Source of the DNA: the human T2T-CHM13v2.0 reference genome, Homo sapiens
Assembly (NCBI RefSeq): GCF_009914755.1
Contig: NC_060927.1
Strand: one strand, 5' to 3'
DNA length: 64,000 nucleotides
Shown here piece after piece: positions 10,713-24,479 of the stretch (position 1 is its first letter; every line of letters starts with the position of its first letter). The position numbers and the translations under genes are program-made. The notes under the pieces were generated by a model. It searched no databases, was not told where the DNA came from, and saw only the letters and a program-made list of their open reading frames with translations.

Positions 10713-13265
10713 TCTGATTTGAATACATACATCCCAAAAGAAGTTACTGAGAATTCTTCTGTCTAGCATTATGTGAAGAAATCCCGTTTCCAACGAAAGC
10801 CTCAAAGAGGTCCAAATATCCAGTTGCAGAATTTACAAACTGACTGTTTCCAAACTCATCTATGAAAAGAAAGGTTAAACTCTGGGAGTTGAATGCACAT
10901 AACACAAAGTAGTTCCTGAGAATGATTCTGTCTAGTTTTCATACGAAGATATTTCCTTTTCCACCAATGGCCTCAAAGTGCTTGAAATCTCCCCTTGCAA
11001 ATTCCACAGACAAGTGTTTCAAATCTGCACTGTCTAAAGGAAGGTTCAACCCTGTGAGTTGAATACACACACACAGAAAAAAATTCACTGAGAATTCTAT
11101 TGTCTATCATTACACGAAGAAATCCCGTTTACTACGAAGGCCTCAAAGAGGTCCAAATATCCAGCTGCAGACATTACAAACTGAGTGTTTCCAAAGTGCT
11201 CTATGAAAAGAAGTGTTAAACACTGTGAGTTCAATGCACACATCCCAAAGCAGTTTCTGAGAATGATTCCGTCTATTTTTTCTACGAAGATATTTCCTTT
11301 TCTGCCGTTGGCCTCAAAGCGCTTGAAATCTCCACTTGCAAATTCCACAAAAAGAGAGTTTCAAATCTGCTCTGTCTAAAGGAAGGTTCCACTCTGTGAG
11401 TTGAATACACACCACAAAAAGAAGTTACTGAGAATTCTTCTGTCTAGCATTATATGAAAAATCCCGTTTCCAACGAAGGCCACAAAGAGGTCCAAATATC
11501 CACTTGCAGATTCTGCAAAAAGAGTGTTTCCAAACTGCTCTATGAAAAGAAACGTTAAACTCTGTGAGTTGAACGCAAACATCACAAAGTAGTTTCTGAG
11601 AATGACTCCGTCTAGTTTTTATACGAAGATATTTCCTTTCCTACCATTCACTTCAAAGCGCTTGAAGTCTCCCCCTGAAAATTCCACAAAAAGTGTTTCC
11701 AATCTGCTCCGCCTAAAGGAAGCTTCAACTCTGTGAGTTGAATACCCACAACCCAAAGAAGTTACTGAGAATTCTTCTGTCTAGCATTATATGAAGAAAT
11801 CCCGTTTCCAACGAAGGCCTCAAATACATCCAAATATCCAGTTGCTGACTTTACAAACTGAGTGTTTCCAAACTGCTCTATGAAAAGAAAGGTTAAACAC
11901 TGTGAGTTGAACACACACGTACCAAAGTAGTTTCTGAGAATGATTCTGTCTAGTTTGCATACGAAGATATTTCCTTTTCTACCATTGGCCTCAAAGCTCT
12001 GAAATCTCCACTTGCAAATTCCACAAAAAGAGAGTTTCAACTCTGCTGTTTCTAAAGGAAAGTTCAACTCTGAGAGTTGAATACACACCAGAAAAAGCAG
12101 TTACTGAGAAGTCTTCTGTCTAGCATTATATGAAGAAATCCCATTTCCAACGAAGACTTCAAAGAGGTCCAAATATCCACTTGCAGATTCTGCAAAAAGA
12201 GTGTTTCGAAACAACTGTATGAAAAGAAAGGTTAAACACTGTGAGTTGAACGCACACATTGCAAAGCAGTTTCTGAGAATGATTCCGTCTAATTATTATA
12301 CGAAGGTATTTCCTTTTCTATCATTGGCCTCAAAGCGCTTGATACCTCCACCTGAAAATTCCACAAAAAGAGTGTTTCCAATCTACTCTGTCTAAAGGAA
12401 CGTTCAACTCTGTGAGTTGAATACACACACACAGAAAGAATTCACTGAGAATTCTTCTGTCTGGCATTACATGAAGAAATCCCGTTTCCAACGAAGGCCT
12501 CAAAGAGGTCCAAATATCCACTTGCAGATTCTGCAAAAAGAGTGTTTCAAAACCGCTCCATTAAAAGGAATGTTGAACTCTGTGAGTTGAATGCAAACAT
12601 CACAACTCAGTTGCTGAGAATGCTTCTGACTAGATTTTATGGTAAGATATTTCCTTTTCTACCGTAGGCTTCAATGCCCTCTAAATACACCCTTGCAAAT
12701 TCTACAAAGAGACTGTTTCATAACTGCTCTATAGGAAGAAAGGTTCAACTCTGTGAGTTGAATGCAGAGATCACAACGTGGTTTCTGCGAATGATTCTTT
12801 GTAGTTTTTACATGAAGATATTTCGTTGTCAACCGTAGGCTTCAAAGCACTCAAAGTATTCACTTGGAACTTTTACAAAAAGAGTGTTAGAAAACTGCTC
12901 TTTCCAAAGTAAGGTTCAACTCTGTGAGTTGAATGCACCCATAACAATCAAGAAGTTTCTGAGAATTCTTCTGTCCTGGTTTATATGAAGAAATCCTGTT
13001 TCCAATGAAGGCCTCAAAGACGTTTAAATATCCACTTGCAGACTTCACAAACAGAGTGTTTCCAAACTGCTCTATGAAAAGAAAGGTTAAACTCTGTGAG
13101 TTGAACGCACACATCACAAAGTAGTTTCTGAGAATGATACTGTCTAGTTTTTATACGAAGATATTTCCTTTTGTACCATTGGCCTCATACTGCTAGAATT
13201 TTCCACTTGCAAATTCCACAAAAAGAGTGTTTCCAATCCGCTCTGTCTAAAGGAAGGTTCAACTC
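10713..13265 (-). repeat. HOR copy 5: 15-mer structural variant (2,553 bp; 338-bp dimer deletion)
   Basis: Anchor spacing 11097 to 13650 is 2,553. aacgcacacatcacaaagtag runs directly into ccttttgtaccattggcctcatac, and the gtcaagaattataag monomer is absent. Confidence 0.95.
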
Positions 13266-16200
13266 TCTGATTTGAATACATACATCCCAAAAGAAGTTAC
13301 TGAGAATTCTTCTGTCTAGCATTATGTGAAGAAATCCCGTTTCCAACGAAAGCCTCAAAGAGGTCCAAATATCCAGTTGCAGAATTTACAAACTGACTGT
13401 TTCCAAACTCATCTATGAAAAGAAAGGTTAAACTCTGGGAGTTGAATGCACATATCACAAAGTAGTTCCTGAGAATGATTCTGTCTAGTTTTCATACGAA
13501 GATATTTCCTTTTCCACCAATGGCCTCAAAGTGCTTGAAATCTCCCCTTGCAAATTCCACAGACAAGTGTTTCAAATCTGCACTGTCTAAAGGAAGGTTC
13601 AACCCTGTGAGTTGAATACACACACACAGAAAAAAATTCACTGAGAATTCTATTGTCTATCATTACACGAAGAAATCCCGTCTACTACGAAGGCCTCAAA
13701 GAGGTCCAAATATCCAGCTGCAGACATTATAAACTGAGTGTTTCCAAAGTGCTCTATGAAAAGAAGTGTTAAACACTGTGAGTTCAATGCACACATCCCA
13801 AAGCAGTTTCTGAGAATGATTCCGTCTATTTTTTCTACGAAGATATTTCCTTTTCTGCCGTTGGCCTCAAAGCGCTTGAAATCTCCACTTGCAAATTCCA
13901 CAAAAAGAGAGTTTCAAATCTGCTCTGTCTAAAGGAAGGTTCAACTCTGTGAGTTGAATACACACCACAAAAAGAAGTTACTGAGAATTCTTCTGTCTAG
14001 CATTATATGAAAAATCCCGTTTCCAACGAAGGCCACAAAGAGGTCCAAATATCCACTTGCAGATTCTGCAAAAAGAGTGTTTCCAAACTGCTCTATGAAA
14101 AGAAACGTTAAACTCTGTGAGTTGAACGCAAACATCACAAAGTAGTTTCTGAGAATGACTCCGTCTAGTTTTTATACGAAGATATTTCCTTTCCTACCAT
14201 TCACTTCAAAGCGCTTGAAGTCTCCCCCTGAAAATTCCACAAAAAGTGTTTCCAATCTGCTCCGCCTAAAGGAAGCTTCAACTCTGTGAGTTGAATACCC
14301 ACAACCCAAAGAAGTTACTGAGAATTCTTCTGTCTAGCATTATATGAAGAAATCCCGTTTCCAACGAAGGCCTCAAATACATCCAAATATCCAGTTGCTG
14401 ACTTTACAAACTGAGTGTTTCCAAACTGCTCTATGAAAAGAAAGGTTAAACACTGTGCGTTGAACACACACGTACCAAAGTAGTTTCTGAGAATGATTCT
14501 GTCTAGTTTGCATACGAAGATATTTCCTTTTCTACCATTGGCCTCAAAGCTCTGAAATCTCCACTTGCAAATTCCACAAAAAGAGAGTTTCAACTCTGCT
14601 GTTTCTAAAGGAAAGTTCAACTCTGAGAGTTGAATACACACCAGAAAAAGCAGTTACTGAGAAGTCTTCTGTCTAGCATTATATGAAGTAATCCCATTTC
14701 CAACGAAGACTTCAAAGAGGTCCAAATATCCACTTGCAGATTCTGCAAAAAGAGTGTTTCGAAACAACTGTATGAAAAGAAAGGTTAAACACTGTGAGTT
14801 GAACGCACACATTGCAAAGCAGTTGATGAGAATGATTCCGTCTAATTATTATACGAAGGTATTTCCTTTTCTATCATTGGCCTCAAAGCGCTTGATACCT
14901 CCACCTGAAAATTCCACAAAAAGAGTGTTTCCAATCTACTCTGTCTAAAGGAACGTTCAACTCTGTGAGTTGAATACACACACACAGAAAGAATTCACTG
15001 AGAATTCTTCTGTCTGGCATTACATGAAGAAATCCCGTTTCCAACGAAGGCCTCAAAGAGGTCCAAATATCCACTTGCAGATTCTGCAAAAAGAGTGTTT
15101 CAAAACCGCTCCATTAAAAGAAATGTTGAACTCTGTGAGTTGAATGCAAACATCACAACTCAGTTGCTGAGAATGCTTCTGACTAGATTTTATGGTAAGA
15201 TATTTCCTTTTCTACCGTAGGCTTCAATGCCTTCTAAATACACCCTTGCAAATTCTACAAAGAGACTGTTTCATAACTGCTCTATAGGAAGAAAGGTTCA
15301 ACTCTGTGAGTTGAATGTAGAGATCACAACGTGGTTTCTGCGAATGATTCTTTGTAGTTTTTACATGAAGATATTTCGTTGTCAACCGTAGGCTTCAAAG
15401 CACTCAAAGTATTCACTTGGAACTTTTACAAAAAGAGTGTTAGAAAACTGCTCTTTCTAAAGTAAGGTTCAACTCTGTGAGTTGAATGCACACATAAGAA
15501 TCAAGAAGTTTCTGAGAATTCTTCTGTCCTGGTTTATATGAAGAAATCCCGTTTCCAACAAAGGCCTCAAAGACGTTTAAATATCCACTTGCAGACTTCA
15601 CAGAGTGTTTCCAAACTGCTCTATGAAAAGAAAGGTTAAACTCTGTGAGTTGAACGCACACATCACAAAGTAGTTTCTGAGAATGATACTGTCTAGTTTT
15701 TATACGAAGATATTTCCTTTCTACCATTGGCGTCAAAGCGCTAGAATTCTCCACTTGCAAATTCCACAAAAAGAGTGTTTCCAATCTGCTCTGTCTCAAG
15801 GAAGGTTCAACTCTGTGAGTTGAATACACACACACAAAGAAGCTACTGAGAATTCTTTTGTCAAGAATTATAAGAAGAAATCCCGTTTCCAACGAAGGCC
15901 TCAAAGAGTTCCAAATATCCACTTGCACACTGCACAAACTAAGTCTTTCCAAACTGCTCTATGCAAAGAAATGTTCAACTCTGTGAGTTTAATACACACA
16001 TCACAAAGCAGTTTCTGAGAATGATACTGTCTAGTTTTTATACGAAGATATTTCCTTTTGTACCATTGGCCTCATACTGCTAGAATTTTCCACTTGCAAA
16101 TTCCACAAAAAGAGTGTTTCCAATCCGCTCTGTCTAAAGGAAGGTTCAACTCTCTGATTTGAATACATACATCCCAAAAGAAGTTACTGAGAATTCTTCT

Positions 16201-19039
16201 GTCTAGCATTATGTGAAGAAATCCCGTTTCCAACGAAAGCCTCAAAGAGGTCCAAATATCCAGTTGCAGAATTTACAAACTGACTGTTTCCAAACTCATC
16301 TATGAAAAGAAAGGTTAAACTCTGGGAGTTGAATGCACATATCACAAAGTAGTTCCTGAGAATGATTCTGTCTAGTTTTCATACGAAGATATTTCCTTTT
16401 CCACCAATGGCCTCAAAGTGCTTGAAATCTCCCCTTGCAAATTCCACAGACAAGTGTTTCAAATCTGCACTGTCTAAAGGAAGGTTCAAACCTGTGAGTT
16501 GAATACACACACACAGAAAAAAATTCACTGAGAATTCTATTGTCTATCATTACACGAAGAAATCCCGTTTACTACGAAGGCCTTAAAGAGGTCCAAATAT
16601 CCAGCTGCAGACATTACAAACTGAGTGTTTCCAAAGTGCTCTATGAAAAGAAGTGTTAAACACTGTGAGTTCAATGCACACATCCCAAAGCAGTTTCTGA
16701 GAATGATTCCGTCTATTTTTTCTACGAAGATATTTCCTTTTCTGCCGTTGGCCTCAAAGCGCTTGAAATCTCCACTTGCAAATTCCACAAAAAGAGAGTT
16801 TCAAATCTGCTCTGTCTAAAGGAAGGTTCAACTCTGTGAGTTGAATACACACCACAAAAAGAAGTTACTGAGAATTCTTCTGTCTAGCATTATATGAAAA
16901 ATCCCGTTTCCAACGAAGGCCACAAAGAGGTCCAAATATCCACTTGCAGATTCTGCAAAAAGAGTGTTTCCAAACTGCTCTATGAAAAGAAACGTTAAAC
17001 TCTGTGAGTTGAACGCAAACATCACAAAGTAGTTTCTGAGAATGACTCCGTCTAGTTTTTATACGAAGATATTTCCTTTCCTACCATTCACTTCAAAGCG
17101 CTTGAAGTCTCCCCCTGAAAATTCCACAAAAAGTGTTTCCAATCTGCTCCGCCTAAAGGAAGCTTCAACTCTGTGAGTTGAATACCCACAACCCAAAGAA
17201 GTTACTGAGAATTCTTCTGTCTAGCATTATATGAAGAAATCCCGTTTCCAACGAAGGCCTCAAATACATCCAAATATCCAGTTGCTGACTTTACAAACTG
17301 AGTGTTTCCAAACTGCTCTATGAAAAGAAAGGTTAAACACTGTGCGTTGAACACACACGTACCAAAGTAGTTTCTGAGAATGATTCTGTCTAGTTTGCAT
17401 ACGAAGATATTTCCTTTTCTACCATTGGCCTCAAAGCTCTGAAATCTCCACTTGCAAATTCCACAAAAAGAGAGTTTCAACTCTGCTGTTTCTAAAGGAA
17501 AGTTCAACTCTGAGAGTTGAATACACACCAGAAAAAGCAGTTACTGAGAAGTCTTCTGTCTAGCATTATATGAAGTAATCCCATTTCCAACGAAGACTTC
17601 AAAGAGGTCCAAATATCCACTTGCAGATTCTGCAAAAAGAGTGTTTCGAAACAACTGTATGAAAAGAAAGGTTAAACACTGTGAGTTGAACGCACACATT
17701 GCAAAGCAGTTTCTGAGAATGATTCCGTCTAATTATTATACGAAGGTATTTCCTTTTCTATCATTGGCCTCAAAGCGCTTGATACCTCCACCTGAAAATT
17801 CCACAAAAAGAGTGTTTCCAATCTACTCTGTCTAAAGGAACGTTCAACTCTGTGAGTTGAATACACACACACAGAAAGAATTCACTGAGAATTCTTCTGT
17901 CTGGCATTACATGAAGAAATCCCGTTTCCAACGAAGGCCTCAAAGAGGTCCAAATATCCACTTGCAGATTCTGCAAAAAGAGTGTTTCAAAACCGCTCCA
18001 TTAAAAGAAATGTTGAACTCTGTGAGTTGAATGCAAACATCACAACTCAGTTGCTGAGAATGCTTCTGACTAGATTTTATGGTAAGATATTTCCTTTTCT
18101 ACCGTAGGCTTCAATGCCTTCTAAATACACCCTTGCAAATTCTACAAAGAGACTGTTTCATAACTGCTCTATAGGAAGAAAGGTTCAACTCTGTGAGTTG
18201 AATGTAGAGATCACAACGTGGTTTCTGCGAATGATTCTTTGTAGTTTTTACATGAAGATATTTCGTTGTCAACCGTAGGCTTCAAAGCACTCAAAGTATT
18301 CACTTGGAACTTTTACAAAAAGAGTGTTAGAAAACTGCTCTTTCTAAAGTAAGGTTCAACTCTGTGAGTTGAATGCACACATAAGAATCAAGAAGTTTCT
18401 GAGAATTCTTCTGTCCTGGTTTATATGAAGAAATCCCGTTTCCAACAAAGGCCTCAAAGACGTTTAAATATCCACTTGCAGACTTCACAGAGTGTTTCCA
18501 AACTGCTCTATGAAAAGAAAGGTTAAACTCTGTGAGTTGAACGCACACATCACAAAGTAGTTTCTGAGAATGATACTGTCTAGTTTTTATACGAAGATAT
18601 TTCCTTTCTACCATTGGCGTCAAAGCGCTAGAATTCTCCACTTGCAAATTCCACAAAAAGAGTGTTTCCAATCTGCTCTGTCTCAAGGAAGGTTCAACTC
18701 TGTGAGTTGAATACACACACACAAAGAAGCTACTGAGAATTCTTTTGTCAAGAATTATAAGAAGAAATCCCGTTTCCAACGAAGGCCTCAAAGAGTTCCA
18801 AATATCCACTTGCACACTGCACAAACTAAGTCTTTCCAAACTGCTCTATGCAAAGAAATGTTCAACTCTGTGAGTTTAATACACACATCACAAAGCAGTT
18901 TCTGAGAATGATACTGTCTAGTTTTTATACGAAGATATTTCCTTTTGTACCATTGGCCTCATACTGCTAGAATTTTCCACTTGCAAATTCCACAAAAAGA
19001 GTGTTTCCAATCCGCTCTGTCTAAAGGAAGGTTCAACTC
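13266..19039 (-). repeat. HOR copies 6-7: 17-mers with a 4-bp deletion (2 x 2,887 bp)
   Basis: Anchor spacings are 2,887. cttcacagagtg replaces cttcacaaacagagtg at ~15600 and ~18487. Confidence 0.95.
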
Positions 19040-21592
19040 TCTGATTTGAATACATACATCCCAAAAGAAGTTACTGAGAATTCTTCTGTCTAGCATTATG
19101 TGAAGAAATCCCGTTTCCAACGAAAGCCTCAAAGAGGTCCAAATATCCAGTTGCAGAATTTACAAACTGACTGTTTCCAAACTCATCTATGAAAAGAAAG
19201 GTTAAACTCTGGGAGTTGAATGCACATATCACAAAGTAGTTCCTGAGAATGATTCTGTCTAGTTTTCATACGAAGATATTTCCTTTTCCACCAATGGCCT
19301 CAAAGTGCTTGAAATCTCCCCTTGCAAATTCCACAGACAAGTGTTTCAAATCTGCACTGTCTAAAGGAAGGTTCAAACCTGTGAGTTGAATACACACACA
19401 CAGAAAAAAATTCACTGAGAATTCTATTGTCTATCATTACACGAAGAAATCCCGTTTACTACGAAGGCCTTAAAGAGGTCCAAATATCCAGCTGCAGACA
19501 TTACAAACTGAGTGTTTCCAAAGTGCTCTATGAAAAGAAGTGTTAAACACTGTGAGTTCAATGCACACATCCCAAAGCAGTTTCTGAGAATGATTCCGTC
19601 TATTTTTTCTACGAAGATATTTCCTTTTCTGCCGTTGGCCTCAAAGCGCTTGAAATCTCCACTTGCAAATTCCACAAAAAGAGAGTTTCAAATCTGCTCT
19701 GTCTAAAGGAAGGTTCAACTCTGTGAGTTGAATACACACCACAAAAAGAAGTTACTGAGAATTCTTCTGTCTAGCATTATATGAAAAATCCCGTTTCCAA
19801 CGAAGGCCACAAAGAGGTCCAAATATCCACTTGCAGATTCTGCAAAAAGAGTGTTTCCAAACTGCTCTATGAAAAGAAACGTTAAACTCTGTGAGTTGAA
19901 CGCAAACATCACAAAGTAGTTTCTGAGAATGACTCCGTCTAGTTTTTATACGAAGATATTTCCTTTCCTACCATTCACTTCAAAGCGCTTGAAGTCTCCC
20001 CCTGAAAATTCCACAAAAAGTGTTTCCAATCTGCTCCGCCTAAAGGAAGCTTCAACTCTGTGAGTTGAATACCCACAACCCAAAGAAGTTACTGAGAATT
20101 CTTCTGTCTAGCATTATATGAAGAAATCCCGTTTCCAACGAAGGCCTCAAATACATCCAAATATCCAGTTGCTGACTTTACAAACTGAGTGTTTCCAAAC
20201 TGCTCTATGAAAAGAAAGGTTAAACACTGTGCGTTGAACACACACGTACCAAAGTAGTTTCTGAGAATGATTCTGTCTAGTTTGCATACGAAGATATTTC
20301 CTTTTCTACCATTGGCCTCAAAGCTCTGAAATCTCCACTTGCAAATTCCACAAAAAGAGAGTTTCAACTCTGCTGTTTCTAAAGGAAAGTTCAACTCTGA
20401 GAGTTGAATACACACCAGAAAAAGCAGTTACTGAGAAGTCTTCTGTCTAGCATTATATGAAGAAATCCCATTTCCAACGAAGACTTCAAAGAGGTCCAAA
20501 TATCCACTTGCAGATTCTGCAAAAAGAGTGTTTCGAAACAACTGTATGAAAAGAAAGGTTAAACACTGTGAGTTGAACGCACACATTGCAAAGCAGTTTC
20601 TGAGAATGATTCCGTCTAATTATTATACGAAGGTATTTCCTTTTCTATCATTGGCCTCAAAGCGCTTGATACCTCCACCTGAAAATTCCACAAAAAGAGT
20701 GTTTCCAATCTACTCTGTCTAAAGGAACGTTCAACTCTGTGAGTTGAATACACACACACAGAAGGAATTCACTGAGAATTCTTCTGTCTGGCATTACATG
20801 AAGAAATCCCGTTTCCAACGAAGGCCTCAAAGAGGTCCAAATATCCACTTGCAGATTCTGCAAAAAGAGTGTTTCAAAACCGCTCCATTAAAAGGAATGT
20901 TGAACTCTGTGAGTTGAATGCAAACATCACAACTCAGTTTCTGAGAATGCTTCTGACTAGATTTTATGGTAAGATATTTCCTTTTCTACCGTAGGCTTCA
21001 ATGCCCTCTAAATACACCCTTGCAAATTCTACAAAGAGACTGTTTCATAACTGCTCTATAGGAAGAAAGGTTCAACTCTGTGAGTTGAATGCAGAGATCA
21101 CAACGTGGTTTCTGCGAATGATTCTTTGTAGTTTTTACAAGAAGATATTTCGTTGTCAACCGTAGGCTTCAAAGCACTCAAAGTATTCACTTGGAACTTT
21201 TACAAAAAGAGTGTTAGAAAACTGCTCTTTCCAAAGTAAGGTTCAACTCTGTGAGTTGAATGCACACATAACAATCAAGAAGTTTCTGAGAATTCTTCTG
21301 TCCTGGTTTATATGAACAAATCCCGTTTCCAACGAAGGCCTCAAAGACGTTTAAATATCCACTTGCAGACTTCACAAACAGAGTGTTTCCAAACTGCTCT
21401 ATGAAAAGAAAGGTTAAACTCTGTGAGTTGAACGCACACATCACAAAGTAGTTTCTGAGAATGATACTGTCTAGTTTTTATACGAAGATATTTCCTTTTG
21501 TACCATTGGCCTCATACTGCTAGAATTTTCCACTTGCAAATTCCACAAAAAGAGTGTTTCCAATCCGCTCTGTCTAAAGGAAGGTTCAACTC
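19040..21592 (-). repeat. HOR copy 8: 15-mer structural variant (2,553 bp)
   Basis: Anchor spacing 19424 to 21977 is 2,553; same junction as copy 5, at 21450-21498. Confidence 0.95.
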
Positions 21593-24479
21593 TCTGATTT
21601 GAATACATACATCCCAAAAGAAGTTACTGAGAATTCTTCTGTCTAGCATTATGTGAAGAAATCCCGTTTCCAACGAAAGCCTCAAAGAGGTCCAAATATC
21701 CAGTTGCAGAATTTACAAACTGACTGTTTCCAAACTCATCTATGAAAAGAAAGGTTAAACTCTGGGAGTTGAATGCACATATCACAAAGTAGTTCCTGAG
21801 AATGATTCTGTCTAGTTTTCATACGAAGATATTTCCTTTTCCACCAATGGCCTCAAAGTGCTTGAAATCTCCCCTTGCAAATTCCACAGACAAGTGTTTC
21901 AAATCTGCACTGTCTAAAGGAAGGTTCAACCCTGTGAGTTGAATACACACACACAGAAAAAAATTCACTGAGAATTCTATTGTCTATCATTACACGAAGA
22001 AATCCCGTCTACTACGAAGGCCTCAAAGAGGTCCAAATATCCAGCTGCAGACATTATAAACTGAGTGTTTCCAAAGTGCTCTATGAAAAGAAGTGTTAAA
22101 CACTGTGAGTTCAATGCACACATCCCAAAGCAGTTTCTGAGAATGATTCCGTCTATTTTTTCTACGAAGATATTTCCTTTTCTGCCGTTGGCCTCAAAGC
22201 GCTTGAAATCTCCACTTGCAAATTCCACAAAAAGAGAGTTTCAAATCTGCTCTGTCTAAAGGAAGGTTCAACTCTGTGAGTTGAATACACACCACAAAAA
22301 GAAGTTACTGAGAATTCTTCTGTCTAGCATTATATGAAAAATCCCGTTTCCAACGAAGGCCACAAAGAGGTCCAAATATCCACTTGCAGATTCTGCAAAA
22401 AGAGTGTTTCCAAACTGCTCTATGAAAAGAAACGTTAAACTCTGTGAGTTGAACGCAAACATCACAAAGTAGTTTCTGAGAATGACTCCGTCTAGTTTTT
22501 ATACGAAGATATTTCCTTTCCTACCATTCACTTCAAAGCGCTTGAAGTCTCCCCCTGAAAATTCCACAAAAAGTGTTTCCAATCTGCTCCGCCTAAAGGA
22601 AGCTTCAACTCTGTGAGTTGAATACCCACAACCCAAAGAAGTTACTGAGAATTCTTCTGTCTAGCATTATATGAAGAAATCCCGTTTCCAACGAAGGCCT
22701 CAAATACATCCAAATATCCAGTTGCTGACTTTACAAACTGAGTGTTTCCAAACTGCTCTATGAAAAGAAAGGTTAAACACTGTGCGTTGAACACACACGT
22801 ACCAAAGTAGTTTCTGAGAATGATTCTGTCTAGTTTGCATACGAAGATATTTCCTTTTCTACCATTGGCCTCAAAGCTCTGAAATCTCCACTTGCAAATT
22901 CCACAAAAAGAGAGTTTCAACTCTGCTGTTTCTAAAGGAAAGTTCAACTCTGAGAGTTGAATACACACCAGAAAAAGCAGTTACTGAGAAGTCTTCTGTC
23001 TAGCATTATATGAAGTAATCCCATTTCCAACGAAGACTTCAAAGAGGTCCAAATATCCACTTGCAGATTCTGCAAAAAGAGTGTTTCGAAACAACTGTAT
23101 GAAAAGAAAGGTTAAACACTGTGAGTTGAACGCACACATTGCAAAGCAGTTTCTGAGAATGATTCCGTCTAATTATTATACGAAGGTATTTCCTTTTCTA
23201 TCATTGGCCTCAAAGCGCTTGATACCTCCACCTGAAAATTCCACAAAAAGAGTGTTTCCAATCTACTCTGTCTAAAGGAACGTTCAACTCTGTGAGTTGA
23301 ATACACACACACAGAAAGAATTCACTGAGAATTCTTCTGTCTGGCATTACATGAAGAAATCCCGTTTCCAACGAAGGCCTCAAAGAGGTCCAAATATCCA
23401 CTTGCAGATTCTGCAAAAAGAGTGTTTCAAAACCGCTCCATTAAAAGAAATGTTGAACTCTGTGAGTTGAATGCAAACATCACAACTCAGTTGCTGAGAA
23501 TGCTTCTGACTAGATTTTATGGTAAGATATTTCCTTTTCTACCGTAGGCTTCAATGCCTTCTAAATACACCCTTGCAAATTCTACAAAGAGACTGTTTCA
23601 TAACTGCTCTATAGGAAGAAAGGTTCAACTCTGTGAGTTGAATGTAGAGATCACAACGTGGTTTCTGCGAATGATTCTTTGTAGTTTTTACATGAAGATA
23701 TTTCGTTGTCAACCGTAGGCTTCAAAGCACTCAAAGTATTCACTTGGAACTTTTACAAAAAGAGTGTTAGAAAACTGCTCTTTCTAAAGTAAGGTTCAAC
23801 TCTGTGAGTTGAATGCACACATAAGAATCAAGAAGTTTCTGAGAATTCTTCTGTCCTGGTTTATATGAAGAAATCCCGTTTCCAACAAAGGCCTCAAAGA
23901 CGTTTAAATATCCACTTGCAGACTTCACAGAGTGTTTCCAAACTGCTCTATGAAAAGAAAGGTTAAACTCTGTGAGTTGAACGCACACATCACAAAGTAG
24001 TTTCTGAGAATGATACTGTCTAGTTTTTATACGAAGATATTTCCTTTCTACCATTGGCGTCAAAGCGCTAGAATTCTCCACTTGCAAATTCCACAAAAAG
24101 AGTGTTTCCAATCTGCTCTGTCTCAAGGAAGGTTCAACTCTGTGAGTTGAATACACACACACAAAGAAGCTACTGAGAATTCTTTTGTCAAGAATTATAA
24201 GAAGAAATCCCGTTTCCAACGAAGGCCTCAAAGAGTTCCAAATATCCACTTGCACACTGCACAAACTAAGTCTTTCCAAACTGCTCTATGCAAAGAAATG
24301 TTCAACTCTGTGAGTTTAATACACACATCACAAAGCAGTTTCTGAGAATGATACTGTCTAGTTTTTATACGAAGATATTTCCTTTTGTACCATTGGCCTC
24401 ATACTGCTAGAATTTTCCACTTGCAAATTCCACAAAAAGAGTGTTTCCAATCCGCTCTGTCTAAAGGAAGGTTCAACTC
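21593..24479 (-). repeat. HOR copy 9: 17-mer with the 4-bp deletion (2,887 bp)
   Basis: Anchor spacing 21977 to 24864 is 2,887; gacttcacagagtg at 23921. Confidence 0.95.

Noticed and set aside
15440-15952. Longest ORF (170 aa; also at 18327 and 23767)
   Set aside because: It is a chance fusion of the 129-aa and 76-aa satellite frames caused by the 4-bp deletion.
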